Source of the DNA: Protoeuglena noctilucae
Taxonomy: Eukaryota
Direction of reading: 5' to 3'
Assembly (NCBI GenBank): GCA_958009085.1
Contig: OY253676.1
Span: forward strand, 62,001 to 126,000
DNA length: 64,000 bases
Shown here piece by piece: positions 61,577 to 64,000 of the stretch (position 1 is its first letter; each line of letters begins with the position of its first letter). The position numbers were made by a program, and so were the translations under genes. The notes under the pieces were generated by a model that was given only the letters and a program-made list of their open reading frames with translations, searched no databases and was not told where the DNA came from.

Positions 61577-62507
61577 CTAGCCCGTCCCCCGGCGCGCGGT
61601 CTGGCCCAGAGCTATGAGGATCCCGTTGGCGAGCTCTTGATGTGCGGACGGTGGCCCCGCACCCACCCGGCTGCCCCCGATGACAGGTTCGCCCCCAGGT
61701 GGGACCTCCACTGAGCCCGCAGTCCCCTGCGTTCGGTAACGCCCGATGCCATCATCCCCTGGTCTCCCAGCCCCCCCTGCCACGCCCGCCCCGGCCTGGG
61801 GCTCCAAGACCAGCCACGGTGCCGCGATGCCATCCCCCGCCATCTCGATCGGCCCCGCCCCTCCCGCCGCGCCTCGCTCCATCTCCCGCTCCTGGCGATC
61901 GAGGGCGTCCTGGAAGATGTTGCGCAGTGCCACCAGCAGGCACTCCCGCGTCAAAGCGTACGGGTCATCCCTGCTCGGGTCATCCCCCGACGGACCAGCG
62001 CCGACGTTGCCGGAACCCGCCAGTCGCTGTGCAGGCTCGGAGGACAGCGCCTGCAGCACCCCGTCCCCCGTCAGCCGGCACATCACCTCGCCGTGCTCGT
62101 CCCGCCACAGCTCAGCGCGCAGGGACCCTCCCTCGCGGAAAGACCCCGCGTGCTGCGCCTGTGGGTCCACACGTGGGCTAAGCATTGACTGCGAGTCGGC
62201 CTTTCCGCTTGAGCGACGCTGAGCAGCGCGGGGCCTCACCGGGCTATCTTCATCGGCCCCCTCCTTCTCCTCCCGCCGGCATTTTCCGTTCCGCGACGCG
62301 GAGCTCAGAAATATGTGACCGCAAGAGCACTTTTTCGAAGCGTTGCCGACCTGAGAGGGCAAAAAAGCATCGCATTCGCCTCAGCAGGGCAGCGTGGGCT
62401 CCACGAGGGTTGGAGCCAGCGCGCGAGCGTATCGCGGGTTCCGCGATACGCACCGAGGCATCGCATGCGGGGCAACGCTTCGATGGGTTACTGCCTCGCT
62501 TGCCCAT
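61577..62507 (-). CDS. UPF0547 (C16orf87-like) zinc-ribbon protein with a low-complexity C-terminus
   Basis: Spliced N-terminus MGKRGSNPSKRCPACDAS|VGNASKKCSCGHIFL gives the K.CP.C...V..A.K.C.CG..F signature. The frame stays open to TAG at 61577. Confidence 0.7.
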
Positions 62508-62982
62508 CTGGCTGCTGTAGCAAAGGGCCGGCAAATGCTTGCGATGGGGCAATGCTCGTGCGTTGGTCCGTGCCTTGCAACGATCCCCGGCTTCGTTGCC
62601 TTGGTGAAAGTGAGAAACTGGTGGTGCACTCTGGTTTAGATGGTGGCCTGGCTGTCGCTGCCTGCCACACGGTGCCAGGCACAGAAACGCAGTCGAAGTG
62701 TAAATACAAGAGAGGCCCGCAAGGCAAGATATTGATGCGAGTCCTGGGAATGGCCTCAGCCATGGCGCTGGACTGGGCCGTCCGGATGCGCTGAATGAAA
62801 TGAACGCAAGCGCAGGGCGTGCTCCACTGATGGGGAGGCAGGGCAGGAATGGTAGGGATGGGGCAATGGAATGGAAGTTGCGGGAGCATGGGGCAGAGAC
62901 TACTACTCGGCGCATGCAGTGCTGCTGCGCCGATTTTGATGCGTGGGTGAGCGCGGCACATCTACTGGGGCCAGCCGTGCGC

Positions 62983-64000
62983 CTACGCCTCTTGAGGGCG
63001 GGGCCCGCCCTTGCCGCCGCCCGCCCTCATCGTGATGGCCGGGGGCGACCCCCCGGGCTCCTGCCCGCGCGCGTTGCTCCGTGGCGCAGGCCGCTCGTCC
63101 CTCGCCTCCTCAATGTTCTCCGGCAGAGGGTGGTACGACGGCAACCCAAGCGTGGGCTGCGGGCAGGACACATGGGGCGGCGCTGAGGCAGCTGCCCTGC
63201 TCGACACTCGAGTCCTCGAGTAGTGGCCGGTAACAGAATAGATGCAACACAAGGCGCATCACCGCACCGACCCTTGACTCTCCGCAAGGATGCCTGATGC
63301 TATGAGCGGCCTCACCTCCAGGCCCTCCTCCCTGGCCATCCACGTGGCGAGGAAAGACGCATGCGGCACGGTCCCAGATGCGTCTCGCATGGCCCCCGCC
63401 ACCGAATCCCAGGGCACCGGGAAGTACATGCGATAGGCCATGAGCGAGACGACGAGGCCCAGGAAGAACCCGGCAGCCACGTCCGTGGGGTGGTGCCAGT
63501 CGTCCTCGATGCGCGTGAAGCCGACCCAGCCGGCCAGGAAGGTGGGCAGCAGCGAGAGGAGTGCGCGGCCGGCGCGGCCCTCGGGGGAGCTCACGGGGGA
63601 GAACTGCGGGGGCGAGGAGAAGCGGGCAGTTGCTAAACATAGCAGGGCTGGGTGGGCAGGTATGTGCAGTGAGGCAGTGAGGGGTGTGGCGAGCGCAGGC
63701 ACTGAGACGTCACAACAGCTGTTGGCCTCACCACGCCGAACCAGCCGAACATGTACCACGTGAGGTAGACGAGGCCGGCGGCGGCGTGGGCGGCGTGGCC
63801 GGACGGGAACGACGTGCGCGCGAGTTGCTCTCGCATGCGCCCGCCCGTGCACTTGGGAACCCCGTTGGCTTCGTCCGCCCACCGCGGCTCCGTGTAGGGC
63901 CAGCAGAGGTGCACGATGTTGGGCCTCAGGCGCCCGACGCAGACCCGGGTGACGTTCGCAATGGCCATGGTGAAGGCCACGGAGGCAGCCAGTCCGAGGA
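62983..64000 (-). CDS. PAP2-family lipid phosphate phosphatase, 5' end outside the window
   Basis: Motifs RVCVGRLRP (C1), SFPSGH (C2) and TRIEDDWHHPTDVAAG (C3), with TM helices. The last exon (PTLGLPSY..PQEA*) is inferred; an alternative stop lies at 63259. Confidence 0.9.

Noticed and set aside
1..64000. Non-standard genetic code (TAR=Gln, as in some ulvophytes) or selenocysteine readthrough
   Set aside because: Genes end at TAA (41890, 47468), TAG (43188, 59176) and TGA. Conserved exons contain no in-frame stops once introns are removed.
1..64000. Introner or transposon family explaining the long introns
   Set aside because: I saw no shared core sequence, TIRs or TSDs among different introns, and no transposase or RT ORF. 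The similarity is compositional. A genome-wide search was not possible.
1..64000. CRISPR array or prokaryotic defence system
   Set aside because: This is spliceosomal eukaryotic DNA. Repeats are microsatellites or 2-3-copy local duplications without regular spacers.

Overview
Gene-dense, GC-rich, intron-rich eukaryotic nuclear DNA, most likely from a flagellated green alga (inferred from the Chlamydomonas-like outer-arm dynein beta chain plus a plant/algal HPAT gene). The code is standard: TAA, TAG and TGA all act as stops. By splicing exons manually I can support 13 protein-coding genes: HPAT-like (partial), axonemal dynein heavy chain beta (~20.7 kb, 30 exons), a large ARM-like/helical protein, an LRR protein, a TEX264/GyrI-like membrane protein, an OPR-like organellar helical-repeat protein, a multi-TM cyclic-nucleotide phosphodiesterase, a DnaJ protein, a small protein with a calmodulin-binding-like motif, a divergent Sm/LSm protein, SF3B6, a UPF0547-like zinc-ribbon protein and a PAP2 phosphatase (partial). 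I found no rRNA, tRNA, CRISPR array or transposase. The most unusual signal is the intron architecture. (1) About a quarter of donors in the two largest genes are GC (mostly AG|GCGAG). (2) Long introns have G-rich 5' arms and C-rich 3' arms that could pair. (3) At least a dozen introns carry degenerate 'echo' copies of their own flanking exon ends including the splice site, and one echo nearly reproduces the spliced junction. All exon boundaries are manual inferences without transcript data.
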